Of a stretch of DNA of 64,000 nt, positions 53,487 through 63,950 are shown piece after piece. The stretch lies in contig JBJXGZ010000044.1 of NCBI GenBank assembly GCA_046160625.1, positions 736 to 64,735 on the forward strand, written 5' to 3'. The position numbers were made by a program, and so were the translations under genes. The DNA is from Saprospiraceae bacterium. Lineage in GTDB: Bacteria > Bacteroidota > Bacteroidia > Chitinophagales > Saprospiraceae. Numbering within the stretch: the first letter of the stretch is position 1; each line of letters begins with the position of its first letter. A model generated the notes under the pieces. It was given only the letters and a program-made list of their open reading frames with translations. It ran no database searches and was not told the DNA's origin.

Positions 53487-54977
53487 ATGGCACTTTCGGA
53501 AGCAGCAGTATTGCTTGAAAAAAACAAGTCCCACCTGCGCAAAGATGGCTCGCAGTTTACCAAAATCGTTGCCACAGTAGGGCCTGCCTGCAGCTCCCCA
53601 GAGAAGCTCCTTGAACTGATTGAAGCCGGAGTGGACGTTTTTCGCCTTAATTTTAGTCATGGTACTCATAAGGATCATTTACAGGTTATCGAGCGTATAC
53701 AAGTCATCAATATCGAACACAAGCTTCATATCGGCATCCTCGCAGACTTGCAGGGCCCAAAACTTCGGGTCGGCAAAATCAAAGACGATGCCCTGCTCCT
53801 GACCGAAGGCGATATTATCACGATTACGAACGACGAGCTAGCGGAGGGTACGCAAGACAATATATACATGTCCTACGATCAGTTTGCTGAAGACTGTGAA
53901 GTGGGTGAACGCATCTTGATGGACGATGGCAAGCTGGTTTTCGAGGTGACTGAAACCAACAATAGAGATACTGTGCGCCTAAAGACGGTTCATGGTGGGA
54001 CACTAAGCAGTAATAAAGGGGTGAATCTTCCGGATACAAACGTCAAACTTCCAGCCCTAACCGAAAAGGATAAGGAAGACCTTGATTTCATACTTACCCA
54101 AGATGTCAACTGGATTGCGCTCTCCTTCGTTCGCCGGGCTTCAGACCTTGACCCCGTGAAGGATGCCATTGAAAAAGCCAATCATCAAGCCAAAATCATG
54201 GCAAAAATTGAAAAGCCGGAGGCGGTTAAAAACCTGCGTGAGATTATCCGTGCTTGCAATGGGATCATGGTTGCTCGGGGCGATTTGGGTGTTGAAATGC
54301 CGATAGAGCAACTGCCTATGACCCAAAAAGACATCATTCACATGTGTATGCAGTACGCAAGACCAGTCATTGTAGCTACACAGATGATGGATAGTATGAT
54401 ATTGAACCCGTCTCCCACACGCGCAGAAGTGACGGATGTTGCCAACGCTGTTTTAGACGGCGCCGATGCAGTGATGCTCAGTGGCGAGACATCTGTAGGC
54501 AAATACCCCGAACTAGTTATCAAGTATATGACTAAAATTATCGGAGAAGCCGAAAAACAATACTGGCCGCAGATAAATACCCGTCGTCCTACCCCTTCAA
54601 AAAACTTTATGCTGTATCACTCTGACGTGATTTGTTTTAGTGCCTGCAACGTAGCAGAAGAAATTGGCGCAAAAGGTATTGTTGGGCATACCACATCAGG
54701 TTATACGGCCTTCAAAATCAGCAGCTTCCGACCAAAGTCACAAATATTTATCTTTAGTGACAAACACATCAAACTTGGTGCGTTCAACCTGTTGTGGGGT
54801 GTACAATGCTTTTACTACAACCGCTTCACTACTACTGACGAGACAATTCAGGATTGCACTGATATTCTAAAAGAAAAAGGTTTTGTAAAACAGGGCGACA
54901 CCATAATCAATACTGGCTCTATGCCTATGGGACGCCGGTTGCCGACCAATATGTTGAAGGTTACAGAAGTGGAATGA
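53487..54977 (+). CDS. pyk: Pyruvate kinase
   Basis: TKIVATVGPA, FRLNFSHG, MVARGDLGVE and the ATQMLDSM-like block ATQMMDSM are present. Length is 496 aa. Confidence 0.95.
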   Translation: MALSEAAVLLEKNKSHLRKDGSQFTKIVATVGPACSSPEKLLELIEAGVDVFRLNFSHGTHKDHLQVIERIQVINIEHKLHIGILADLQGPKLRVGKIKDDALLLTEGDIITITNDELAEGTQDNIYMSYDQFAEDCEVGERILMDDGKLVFEVTETNNRDTVRLKTVHGGTLSSNKGVNLPDTNVKLPALTEKDKEDLDFILTQDVNWIALSFVRRASDLDPVKDAIEKANHQAKIMAKIEKPEAVKNLREIIRACNGIMVARGDLGVEMPIEQLPMTQKDIIHMCMQYARPVIVATQMMDSMILNPSPTRAEVTDVANAVLDGADAVMLSGETSVGKYPELVIKYMTKIIGEAEKQYWPQINTRRPTPSKNFMLYHSDVICFSACNVAEEIGAKGIVGHTTSGYTAFKISSFRPKSQIFIFSDKHIKLGAFNLLWGVQCFYYNRFTTTDETIQDCTDILKEKGFVKQGDTIINTGSMPMGRRLPTNMLKVTEVE

Positions 54978-54996
54978 GAGCTTACCTTTGCGCCCT

Positions 54997-56502
54997 ATGA
55001 CAGAACTTCGTATACTCAAGATTCACAATACCCTTTCGGGTAAAAAGGAAGAATTCCGCCCTATCACCCCTGGCTACATCGGAATGTACGTCTGCGGCCC
55101 CACTGTTTACAGCGACGTTCATTTAGGCAACTGCCGCACCTTTTGTAGCTTCGATACCATTTATAGATACCTCCTGCACATCGGTTATAAAGTGCGTTAT
55201 GTTCGCAATATAACAGATGTTGGCCACCTTACTGATGATGGCGAAGACCGTATGGCGAAAGGAGCGAAAGTTGCCCAACTCGAACCCATGGAAGTTGCCC
55301 AGCGCTACACCGTGGGCTTTCATGATATGATGCGGCTCTTTAACACCTTGCCGCCCAGCATCGAACCTCAGGCAACGGGACATATCATCGAACAAATAGA
55401 AATGGTGCAGGAAATCCTGGATAAGGGTCTGGCTTACGTGCGCAACGGGTCTGTTTATTTTGATGTGCCAAAATTTTCCACCATATATCCGGGCGTTTAC
55501 GGTGCGGTGAGCGGTCGCATCCTTGAGGACCTTTACTCCGAAACCCGGGAACTCAAAAGCCAGGAGGAGAAAAATCATCCCGCCGACTTTGCTGTCTGGA
55601 TGAAAGCGCGCCCACAGGACCTGATGGTCTGGAATAGCCCCTGGTCTGTGGGATTTCCCGGGTGGCACCTGGAATGTTCTGCCATGAGTACCAAATATTT
55701 AGGCAAAACATTTGACATCCATGGGGGTGGAAACGACTTGAAATTTCCACACCACGAAAACGAGGTGGCGCAAAACCACGGTGCTTGCGGCTGCCACCCA
55801 GCCAACTATTGGGTGCACACCAATATGTTGTTGCTAAACGGTAAAAAGATGAGCAAAAGCGATGGGAACACCATTTCACCCACCGAACTTTTCACGGGGA
55901 CCAGCGAACATACCAGCAAGGCATATTCTCCCATGGCGATGCGCTTTTTCATGCTTATGGCCCACTACCGAAGCACGCTTGACATTACAGATGATGGGCT
56001 GATGGCAGCAGAGAAAGGCTTTGTTAAAATCATGGAAACCAATCGTTTACTACAAGGCCTTGTGGTGAATGCCCGTGATTTTGACGGTTCAGAAACAGAT
56101 GCTGACCGCGCCATTTTGTCGCTTATACAGGAGGCATACACTGGTATGGACGACGATTTCAATACCGCCATTGCGATAGCTGCGCTCAATGAATTGGGTA
56201 GTTTTGTGCACAAATTGGCAAACCAACAATTGGCCTCTGGCGATGTCTCCCCTTGGGTAATTGAGCGTTTGAAAATCACGTTCAGCACGTTCCTGTTTGA
56301 TATATTTGGTCTTGCTGACGAATCTGCTGCGGGCAATGACAGCAGTACTTTAGAGGGCTTGATGAGCCTTATCCTCGAAATAAGAGAACAGGCGCGCACG
56401 CAAAAAGACTGGAACACAAGCGACAAAATCCGTGATGCTTTAGCGGCGGTCGGGATTACTGTAAAAGATGGGAAAGAAGGGGTTAGTTGGGCAAAGGCAT
56501 GA
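54997..56502 (+). CDS. cysS: Cysteinyl-tRNA synthetase
   Basis: GPTVYSDVHLGNCRT (HIGH-region variant) and KMSKS are present, with class I layout. The ATG at 54997 is preferred to the TTG at 54988. Confidence 0.92.
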   Translation: MTELRILKIHNTLSGKKEEFRPITPGYIGMYVCGPTVYSDVHLGNCRTFCSFDTIYRYLLHIGYKVRYVRNITDVGHLTDDGEDRMAKGAKVAQLEPMEVAQRYTVGFHDMMRLFNTLPPSIEPQATGHIIEQIEMVQEILDKGLAYVRNGSVYFDVPKFSTIYPGVYGAVSGRILEDLYSETRELKSQEEKNHPADFAVWMKARPQDLMVWNSPWSVGFPGWHLECSAMSTKYLGKTFDIHGGGNDLKFPHHENEVAQNHGACGCHPANYWVHTNMLLLNGKKMSKSDGNTISPTELFTGTSEHTSKAYSPMAMRFFMLMAHYRSTLDITDDGLMAAEKGFVKIMETNRLLQGLVVNARDFDGSETDADRAILSLIQEAYTGMDDDFNTAIAIAALNELGSFVHKLANQQLASGDVSPWVIERLKITFSTFLFDIFGLADESAAGNDSSTLEGLMSLILEIREQARTQKDWNTSDKIRDALAAVGITVKDGKEGVSWAKA

Positions 56503-56586
56503 AATATTCCATAGCATCCCGCCATTTTGCCGGAAATTTGCATCCTCTCATATAAATACTTTCTCTGATCATTAAAGCGCACTCCA

Positions 56587-56808
56587 ATGTCTAGTGACAA
56601 TCGCATCCGTAACCGAGGCAATGTCCGAATGCCACTTATCATTCTTGGTTTATGTATGACGGCCATTTACATCGGCCTCGGCTCTTGGCTGCTTTTGGAC
56701 AAAAGCTTCATTTCTTACATCCCGCTGGAATTCCGCAATATTTTTGCAGTTTTACTACTTGTTTATGGCACTTACCGAGGCTGGAGGGTTTATGCTGATT
56801 ACTTTTAA
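56587..56808 (+). CDS. Small two-TM membrane protein
   Basis: 73-aa ORF with two hydrophobic helices. I recognise no family. Confidence 0.45.
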   Translation: MSSDNRIRNRGNVRMPLIILGLCMTAIYIGLGSWLLLDKSFISYIPLEFRNIFAVLLLVYGTYRGWRVYADYF

Positions 56809-56819
56809 ACAACATTGTT

Positions 56820-57749
56820 ATGCTTCGCAACATTTTGATTTTTAAAATAGTGTCGCTTCTGTGGATTTCATGTGCCGAGCGCGACAAGACAGGAAAAGTG
56901 CTTGACACGATAACTACCGGCGAAATAACCATAGCAGTGGAAGAAGGGTATAAACCCGTTATTTCGTCCTGCATTGATGTCTTTGATTCAATATACCGTA
57001 CTGCCAAAATCAACCCACGATATGTATCAGAAGGGGAAGCCGTGAACGCACTCATTCAGGATTCTGTACAGGTTATTATCATTGGTCGGAAATTGGCCCC
57101 AAAAGAGACCGAATATTTTCAATCCCGCGGGTTTACTCCGCCAACTACACCCATTGCGTACGACGCACTTGCGATCATACTCCATCCAGAAAATCGGGAC
57201 ACAGTCCTAACCGAGCAACAAGTCCAATCGCTCCTCAGCGGAAAAACAACCGCCTGGAAAGAAATCAATCCAAAATCCCTACTGGGGAACATTCAATTGG
57301 TGTTCGACAATCCAATGAGTGGAACCCTGCGTTATGTGCAGGATTCGATTATTGCGGGTCAGGAACTTTCCAAACAGGCATCCGCGCTGAAAAGCAATGC
57401 TGAGGTAATTGAATATGTCAGCAAAAATAAAAGCGCCATTGGCATCATCTCTGCCAACTGGATTTCGGACACAGATGACGGTGGAGTACAAAAGTTCCTG
57501 CGTGAAATCAAAATTGCGGATGTGGCTAAAGAAACAGGAAAAGAGGGTTATGGGCCTTATCAGGCGTATTTAGCTACTGGCGATTATCCGTACAAACGCA
57601 CGGTGTACATCATCAATGCCCAGGCACGGCGCAATGGATTGGGTGCCGGATTTGCCTCCTATTTGGCCAAAGACGGCCAGCGCATTATGCTCAAAGACGG
57701 CCTTTTGCCAGCCAATGCAGTAACGCGTTTGATCAAATCAAGCCACTAA
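56820..57749 (+). CDS. PstS-like periplasmic substrate-binding domain protein (PBP_like_2)
   Basis: 309 aa with an N-terminal hydrophobic signal. The block IAYDALAIILHPEN...LLSGKTTAWKEI is typical of phosphate-binding-like proteins. Confidence 0.65.
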   Translation: MLRNILIFKIVSLLWISCAERDKTGKVLDTITTGEITIAVEEGYKPVISSCIDVFDSIYRTAKINPRYVSEGEAVNALIQDSVQVIIIGRKLAPKETEYFQSRGFTPPTTPIAYDALAIILHPENRDTVLTEQQVQSLLSGKTTAWKEINPKSLLGNIQLVFDNPMSGTLRYVQDSIIAGQELSKQASALKSNAEVIEYVSKNKSAIGIISANWISDTDDGGVQKFLREIKIADVAKETGKEGYGPYQAYLATGDYPYKRTVYIINAQARRNGLGAGFASYLAKDGQRIMLKDGLLPANAVTRLIKSSH

Positions 57750-57889
57750 ATATTAAATGTTTGTCAAAATTGCGGTTTAGGTGTCTTTTTCTCCCTGAAT
57801 TGCGTCAATATAAAAAGCGGAATTCGCCCCAGAAAAAAAGGCCAGCGAAAGACGCCATTTGTTTCTAAACACATTACTTTTTCCGAACA

Positions 57890-59578
57890 ATGACAACTCT
57901 TCTGAAAAAAGCCCTTTTCTCTGTGGCAATTCTTTTTGCCCAATCGGCCTTTGGCCAAAGCCATGCTGCGGGTATCGAAGCAATGCAACTCGAAGACTGG
58001 GACAAGGCAATAAGCATATATGCTGGCCTGATAAAGGCTAACCCCACAGACCAAAGTGCTTTCTTGAGCCTTGGCAACGCCTATCTGGCTAAAGGCGACA
58101 AGGAAAACGCCTTGGCGAACTTCAAAAATGCATCTAATACAAATTCTGATGCGCCCATGACTTATGTTGCTAATGGCCGTGTCCTGCTGCTCGAAAACAA
58201 TATGATGGAAGCCGAAAAGCAGTTTGGGAAAGCAAAGAAGTATGCCAAAAAAGATATGACTACCTGGAGGCAGCTTGGGGAATCGTTTTTCTACTATATC
58301 GCGCCAGGAACTAAAAAACCCAACCTCCTCAAAGCTGAAGAGTATTTCAAAGCGGCACTAGAAATTTCCTCCAAAGATTTTGCCCTTCAAATGTCTCTTG
58401 GTGCTGCGTACAGAGAAATGTCAAGTGGCGGGCCGGCGGCTCAGCATTATGAATTTGCGGAAGTACTGGAGCCGAAAAACCCGCTCCCTAAACTCATGCT
58501 GGCAAAGGTTTACCGTATTGCTAAGGTGCCAGAAAAGCCGCTAATTTTCTACAACAAAGCCATCCAGGTTGCGCCCAATTATAGCCCTGCTTTGCGCGGC
58601 AAAGCAGAGTACTTCTTCTTTGTGAAATACAACTATGATGAGGCTGCAAAAGCGTATAAAGAGTTGATAGACAATGGCTCTGAGGTGAAAATTGAGGATG
58701 AAATGCAGCTTGCCAACTGCTATTACCTCACAAAAAACTGTGTTGCTACCAGCGAGCTAGTGGAAAAAATCCTGCAAAAGGACCCCTCTAAAAACTACCT
58801 CCGCAGGCTTCAGGCATATTGTGATTTTGAGAATGGTGAATTCGTGCGAGGCTTAAAAATTTTGGATGACTACTTCAAAATTGTCCCTCCTGAAAAAGTG
58901 TTAACCTCTGACTATGAGTACCACGCCAAATTGCTGGTGCAAACCAAGGGCGATACGATGCAGGCCATTAACGACTATAAAAAAGTCATTGCCATGGACA
59001 GTAGCAAATGGAGGGTTTACGAGGATATAGACAAACTGGAGTGGGCCCGCAAAAATTATTGTGGCGCCTTGAGCGCATACAAATCGTATCTCGACTCTGT
59101 TGAAACCCCGAAAGCAACCGATTGGTATAACCTGGGGATGCGCCATTATTTCTGTAAAGAAGACGTCATGCACTTCCAAAATGCTGAAATGGCTTTTGCT
59201 AAGGTGACGGAGATAAACCCTCAAGCTGCAATTGGTTGGCTTTGGGCCGCTAAATCTGCGGAAAAGAAAGACCCTTCACCAGACTCCATTGCTGTTCACC
59301 CTGAATTGGCAAATGAATATGGCCACGCCAGGACGTTCTACGAAAAGTACGCTGAGGTAGCAGAACTGGAGAAAGATAAAAACAAAAGAGACTTGCCAAA
59401 GGCTTACCAGTATCTTGCATACTGCTATTTTGTAAAGGTAGAAGCCGAAAAATTCAATCCAATTATGGACAAATGGCAGGCGATGGAAACAGACCCTGCC
59501 CAGATTCAAACCATAATGGAAATGAGGCAGGAATTTGGAAAAGAACCGGCTCCTAATGGCGACGGGGGGAAGAATTAG
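57890..59578 (+). CDS. TPR-repeat protein, secreted
   Basis: 562 aa with signal peptide ...LFAQSAFGQ. TPR spacing recurs (LGNAYLAKGDKENALANFKNA and others). Confidence 0.7.
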   Translation: MTTLLKKALFSVAILFAQSAFGQSHAAGIEAMQLEDWDKAISIYAGLIKANPTDQSAFLSLGNAYLAKGDKENALANFKNASNTNSDAPMTYVANGRVLLLENNMMEAEKQFGKAKKYAKKDMTTWRQLGESFFYYIAPGTKKPNLLKAEEYFKAALEISSKDFALQMSLGAAYREMSSGGPAAQHYEFAEVLEPKNPLPKLMLAKVYRIAKVPEKPLIFYNKAIQVAPNYSPALRGKAEYFFFVKYNYDEAAKAYKELIDNGSEVKIEDEMQLANCYYLTKNCVATSELVEKILQKDPSKNYLRRLQAYCDFENGEFVRGLKILDDYFKIVPPEKVLTSDYEYHAKLLVQTKGDTMQAINDYKKVIAMDSSKWRVYEDIDKLEWARKNYCGALSAYKSYLDSVETPKATDWYNLGMRHYFCKEDVMHFQNAEMAFAKVTEINPQAAIGWLWAAKSAEKKDPSPDSIAVHPELANEYGHARTFYEKYAEVAELEKDKNKRDLPKAYQYLAYCYFVKVEAEKFNPIMDKWQAMETDPAQIQTIMEMRQEFGKEPAPNGDGGKN

Positions 59579-59800
59579 TGATGCTTGGCGCAATACTGGC
59601 AATACAAGGGGCTATCTGCATTTCGCAGGTGGCCCCTTGTAATTGAGTTAGTTTTGGTTTTGGCATTTATACTCCTGTTTTTTGTCAAATACTGTCAGGC
59701 AGCGATATTATTGCCTGTTGCATCTGTCGGAATGCGTACCTTCGGGGAGTTTGCAGCCCCAGCGAGCCACCTACATAGTTCTCCCAACTATCGTAATCCT

Positions 59801-60349
59801 TTGAACGAACATGAACTTATCCGAGGTTGCTTGCGCGGGTCAGCGCAGTGCCAGCGCGACTTGTATGAGCGTTTTGCTAGCAAGATGTACGCTGTGTGCC
59901 TGCGGTATGCCCGGACAAGGGAGGATGCTGCTGATATCTTGCAAGAAGGATTTTTAAAAGTCTTTTCAAAACTGGGACAGTTCCAGTTTCAAGGATCATT
60001 TGAAGGTTGGGTGAGGCGTGTGATGGTCAATACTGCACTGAGGGCTTACCAGAAACAACGCCATGAGTTTGAACAGAGTGGCTATGAAAGATTGCCAGAT
60101 TTGCCCGTAGAACCTGACGCCATTGCGATGCTCTCAGCAACAGAACTTTTAGACCTCGTGCGCCAATTGCCGGATGGTTATCGCGCAGTGTTCAATTTGG
60201 TGGCGATTGAAGGATACTCGCATGCAGAAGCGGCCAATCTGTTGGGCATCCAGGAAAGTACTTCCCGATCGCAATTGACCAAGGCGCGGCGGCACTTGGA
60301 GGAGGAGGTAGGAAAAATGGAACGGACAATGATCATTAAAGATTTTTGA
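59801..60349 (+). CDS. ECF-type RNA polymerase sigma-70 family factor
   Basis: Region 2 reads DAADILQEGFLKVF and region 4 HTH reads EGYSHAEAANLLGIQESTSRSQLTKARRHL. The likely start is TTG 59801 (NEHELIRGC...); an ATG at 59732 is the alternative. Confidence 0.85.
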   Translation: MNEHELIRGCLRGSAQCQRDLYERFASKMYAVCLRYARTREDAADILQEGFLKVFSKLGQFQFQGSFEGWVRRVMVNTALRAYQKQRHEFEQSGYERLPDLPVEPDAIAMLSATELLDLVRQLPDGYRAVFNLVAIEGYSHAEAANLLGIQESTSRSQLTKARRHLEEEVGKMERTMIIKDF

Positions 60350-60413
60350 TAAGCAACAAAGGGATTGGAATCCCCCCAAGTCAAACCAAAGTTCGAATAT
60401 CAAGGACAGAATT

Positions 60414-61778
60414 ATGGAAAACCAGAATTATAAAATTGACGAAATTTTCCGACAGCGGCTGCACGATGCGGAAGTGCCCCCCCCTCCGTTCGTGTGGCCG
60501 GCTGTGGAACATGAGCTGCGTAAACGCAGGCGTCTATGGATATTGTGGTTGTTTGCTTTTGGTTTCGTAGCTGCCAGTGTAGTGCTTTGGTTCTCAAATC
60601 CTTTGGGCGACGTAAATACTCGAGCCGTCACAGCCCCAAGTGCTAATATTCAAACCGATGAACCGAAAGAGACTCACTTATCGCAAGAAGTCAATGCCAA
60701 ATCAAACGGGGAGAAATCAGATTTTGAGAAACCAGGAACGATACGATCAAACAAATCTGATTTTGGGCCGCAGTCTCAAAAAGATTTGAGGAGAAAGCCT
60801 TCTGCTATACAAGTGCAATCATCCAATTCAAACCAAACAGAATCAACACCTACGCCAGGATTGATTGATTTTGCAATACTGACAACCAGAGAACCCGCCC
60901 CCTTGATTACCACCCAGGCATTACAAATTACCCAAACCAAGCAGATATCATCAATATCCCAACAAAAAAAGGGGACTTCCACAAAACTATTCAAACCGCA
61001 TTCCCGACGAAAAAAAGCCGAGCCAAAAGTTTGCTATGATTTTGCCCGGCATCCTAGCGCTTGGCTAATTGATGTGTATGCTGGCCCATCATTGGCACAG
61101 AGCTCGATGACGAGCCGTCTCGATGACGAGCCGTATCTAAACCAACGATTGGCAACAGAGCAGCGTAGTGTGGCTATGAACGCAGGGCTTCGGGTTTCGC
61201 TTATGTTCAATCGCAACTTCTTGGTACGTACGGGATTGCATTATGACCAAGTGACAGAAGTGTTCGAATTCATTGACCCAACCTCTGTTACTTATATCCT
61301 GCGTTACAACAACGGCGATCCTACACCAGACACCTTAGGGGTGCAATATGGGGCAAACTACCTGAAGACCTACAATCGTTACGGGATGCTTGATATCCCG
61401 CTGATGATGGGTGTAGAAATGCGTCGCGGTCGGTCAGGATTCAGCATCAACGCTGGCATTTCAGCAAATGTGCTATTCCAAAAACGAGGCGTTATTATTG
61501 ATCCAGTCACGCACGAGCCTGCGCGGTTTGGTTCGACCCCCGATAAGCCTAAGAACATCGGCCCGAACGCCAGATTAAGCCAAGAAGTATTCCGTCCGAA
61601 TGTGGGGCTGAGTGCTACGGCCAGCATTCAATGGTACTGGCATCTGAATACTCGTTTGCGGCTTTTTGTAGAACCGTCATTCCGGCAGGTGTTGCGCCCG
61701 GTTTCAGTAGACAGCCATCCGGTTGAGCAGCGATACAGCATTCTCGGGCTTCGCCTGGGAGCAACAAAGATTTTTTGA
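60414..61778 (+). CDS. Membrane-anchored protein with a disordered linker and a C-terminal outer-membrane-barrel-like domain (putative sigma-factor partner)
   Basis: 454 aa in four parts: a ~40-aa N-terminus, a TM segment (LWILWLFAFGFVAASVVLWF), a ~170-aa S/T/P/Q-rich linker, and a beta-rich C-terminal domain ending ...LGLRLGATKIF with a terminal Phe. It lies immediately downstream of the ECF sigma gene. Confidence 0.65.
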   Translation: MENQNYKIDEIFRQRLHDAEVPPPPFVWPAVEHELRKRRRLWILWLFAFGFVAASVVLWFSNPLGDVNTRAVTAPSANIQTDEPKETHLSQEVNAKSNGEKSDFEKPGTIRSNKSDFGPQSQKDLRRKPSAIQVQSSNSNQTESTPTPGLIDFAILTTREPAPLITTQALQITQTKQISSISQQKKGTSTKLFKPHSRRKKAEPKVCYDFARHPSAWLIDVYAGPSLAQSSMTSRLDDEPYLNQRLATEQRSVAMNAGLRVSLMFNRNFLVRTGLHYDQVTEVFEFIDPTSVTYILRYNNGDPTPDTLGVQYGANYLKTYNRYGMLDIPLMMGVEMRRGRSGFSINAGISANVLFQKRGVIIDPVTHEPARFGSTPDKPKNIGPNARLSQEVFRPNVGLSATASIQWYWHLNTRLRLFVEPSFRQVLRPVSVDSHPVEQRYSILGLRLGATKIF

Positions 61779-61866
61779 AACAGGAAAAAAAGAAGGGCGA
61801 GCAGCGCAAAGCGAGCAAAAAGGCTCTAGTTAATTGTTCAAAACACCGAGATAAAAGCTAGGAAAA

Positions 61867-62826
61867 ATGTTACGCATTCGATTGTCATATTGGCCTATTT
61901 TGATTCTGATCTTGTGGGGTTGCCGCAAGGATGTGGAAGAATTTCAGCCTTACTCGCCTACTGCGAATGAGATCGGCAACTTAATGTCTGCACAAGTTCC
62001 GAGCCCTTCAACACACACGACGTTTACTTTCAACTATCTAACGACTGATAAAGTGTTGGAAACCCCCGCTGGGGTTCAGATCTTTCTGATAGATACAGAC
62101 CACCTTTTTTCCAATGCCAATTCTGGAGATCCAGTATTTTGTAGCACCTGCCCGGATTTGAAAATAGAGGTTACGGTTGTGTTGGATAAGGGCGATATTG
62201 TAGCACGAGGATTGAATACCATCGGGGATGGTTCAATGCTATTTGAGAGTGGGGGAATGGTGCGCATTACTGCCAGCTGCAATGGCCAGCAATTGGCACT
62301 GTTGCCAGACCGAACCTTGAAAATTCAGATACCAAACAGTGACCCACAAAGTGGCTTTTTTGTGTACAATCATATCGGATCAGTTAGCACCAACCAGCAG
62401 TGGGCAAAAAGTGATCAGGAGGTTTTTGAAGCCGAATGGCCACTTCCGCTTGGCGTCCAACAAGAAGGATACGAGCTACTTGTGAAAAACTTAGGTTGGA
62501 TCGCTTGTGGGCGAGCCCTTGCAGAGCCAAATTCGCTGTTCTGTATTGAGCTTCCCATTGGGTTCGCCGACCAGAATACATTGGCATACCTTGTATTTAA
62601 AAATCAGCAAATCGTAGCACCGCTACAATTTGACCTTGGCCGAAACAAATTTTGCTATCCCAAAACCCCTGCAGGATTTCAGGTACAGATGGTGGCTGTG
62701 AGCAAATTGGGCGAGCAATATTGGCTTGGAAAAGCCGAAACCGAGATTGGAACCAATGCCACATTTCAATTGGGCACCCAGCAAATAACTGAGCAAGCCG
62801 TACTAAATTTCGTCAAAAGCCTTTGA
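61867..62826 (+). CDS. Hypothetical lipoprotein
   Basis: 319-aa ORF with N-terminus ...ILILILWGC (lipobox-like). I recognise no family. Confidence 0.55.
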   Translation: MLRIRLSYWPILILILWGCRKDVEEFQPYSPTANEIGNLMSAQVPSPSTHTTFTFNYLTTDKVLETPAGVQIFLIDTDHLFSNANSGDPVFCSTCPDLKIEVTVVLDKGDIVARGLNTIGDGSMLFESGGMVRITASCNGQQLALLPDRTLKIQIPNSDPQSGFFVYNHIGSVSTNQQWAKSDQEVFEAEWPLPLGVQQEGYELLVKNLGWIACGRALAEPNSLFCIELPIGFADQNTLAYLVFKNQQIVAPLQFDLGRNKFCYPKTPAGFQVQMVAVSKLGEQYWLGKAETEIGTNATFQLGTQQITEQAVLNFVKSL

Positions 62827-62864
62827 CCTTCAAATAAATATCCGTGTTTAGTAATTTCGTACAG

Positions 62865-62897
62865 AGCCGAGTCGGGAAAGTCCGGTTCGGCTTTTTA
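62865..62897 (+). terminator. Intrinsic terminator
   Basis: agccgagtcggg aaag tccggttcggct forms a stem with G-U pairs, followed by ttttt. It lies between convergent genes. Confidence 0.6.
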
Positions 62898-63950
62898 ATT
62901 TTTATTTCTAAGCCTAAACCGAGGCAACAAGAACAAGACCAGAGAAAAAACAAAAGCCAGTACAAATTCTAACAATAGAACGGTAAACAGCCCACTTCTG
63001 TTGAAGCCAAATGCCACACAAATGAATAGGAGATTCACCCCGATCAAAACTCCCGTAGTGGTGGTATGACTAAGCCCCAAACTGAGCAACTGGTGGTGTA
63101 TGTGTGTTTTGTCGGGAGAGAAGGGCGAACTCCCCCTTAAGATACGACGCATAATGACCGAAAGCGTGTCGTATAAGGGCAAAATAAGTACTGCTACTGC
63201 GATTGCTGGAGCTGCACCAAAAACGTAAGGATTGTTTGAGGGAAGTTGGCGGTTTGTCTCGATAAATGTGATAGCAAGGATGGCGCATACAGTGCCGATG
63301 AGCAAGGAACCCGTATCGCCCATAAAAATTTTAGCAGGCGAAAAATTGTACCACAAGAAAGCCAATGTGGCGCCTGCAAGCGAAAAGGCAACGACAGCCA
63401 ACGCAGGAGCACCCATTAAAAACAAACAAGTTCCAAAAACCAGGCAAGTCAAAAGACCTACGCTGCCCCCTAACCCGTTTATGCCATCTATGAGGTTAAA
63501 AGCATTGATTATCCCAACAATTACAATAATCGTAAGTATAAAACTTCCCGGTTCCGACAATTCATTTAGACCGAAAAAGCCATAAAAACTTGCGACCCGG
63601 CCCCCGGCTTTAGACGCCAGGATAATCGCCACCAAAAACTGCCCACCCAATTTCTTCGCTGGGGAAATAGGCAGCAAATCATCGAGAATACCTATCAAAA
63701 AGACAAGTACAAATGCTGCTAGAATATACTGCAGCATGCCAAAACTACCCACAGGTGTCCATAACACTATACCACACACCGTTCCAGCGAAAATACCAAT
63801 GCCTCCCAACGAAGGAGTAGGTTCTTGGTGGGAGCTGCGCTCGTTCGGGCGGTCATAAAGCCGCCGCTCCTTCGCAACCTTGATAATAACGGGGATAATT
63901 AAAAAGGTAAGCGTGAAAGCAGTGCCGAAACCAAGTAGTAGGGCGTACAT
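62895..63950 (-). CDS. MraY/WecA-family polyprenyl-phosphate sugar-1-phosphate transferase (GT4 family)
   Basis: 351-aa polytopic membrane protein. Motifs [19 protein letters not shown] and IFMGDTGSL are present. Confidence 0.85.
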   Translation of the reverse strand: MYALLLGFGTAFTLTFLIIPVIIKVAKERRLYDRPNERSSHQEPTPSLGGIGIFAGTVCGIVLWTPVGSFGMLQYILAAFVLVFLIGILDDLLPISPAKKLGGQFLVAIILASKAGGRVASFYGFFGLNELSEPGSFILTIIVIVGIINAFNLIDGINGLGGSVGLLTCLVFGTCLFLMGAPALAVVAFSLAGATLAFLWYNFSPAKIFMGDTGSLLIGTVCAILAITFIETNRQLPSNNPYVFGAAPAIAVAVLILPLYDTLSVIMRRILRGSSPFSPDKTHIHHQLLSLGLSHTTTTGVLIGVNLLFICVAFGFNRSGLFTVLLLEFVLAFVFSLVLFLLPRFRLRNKN

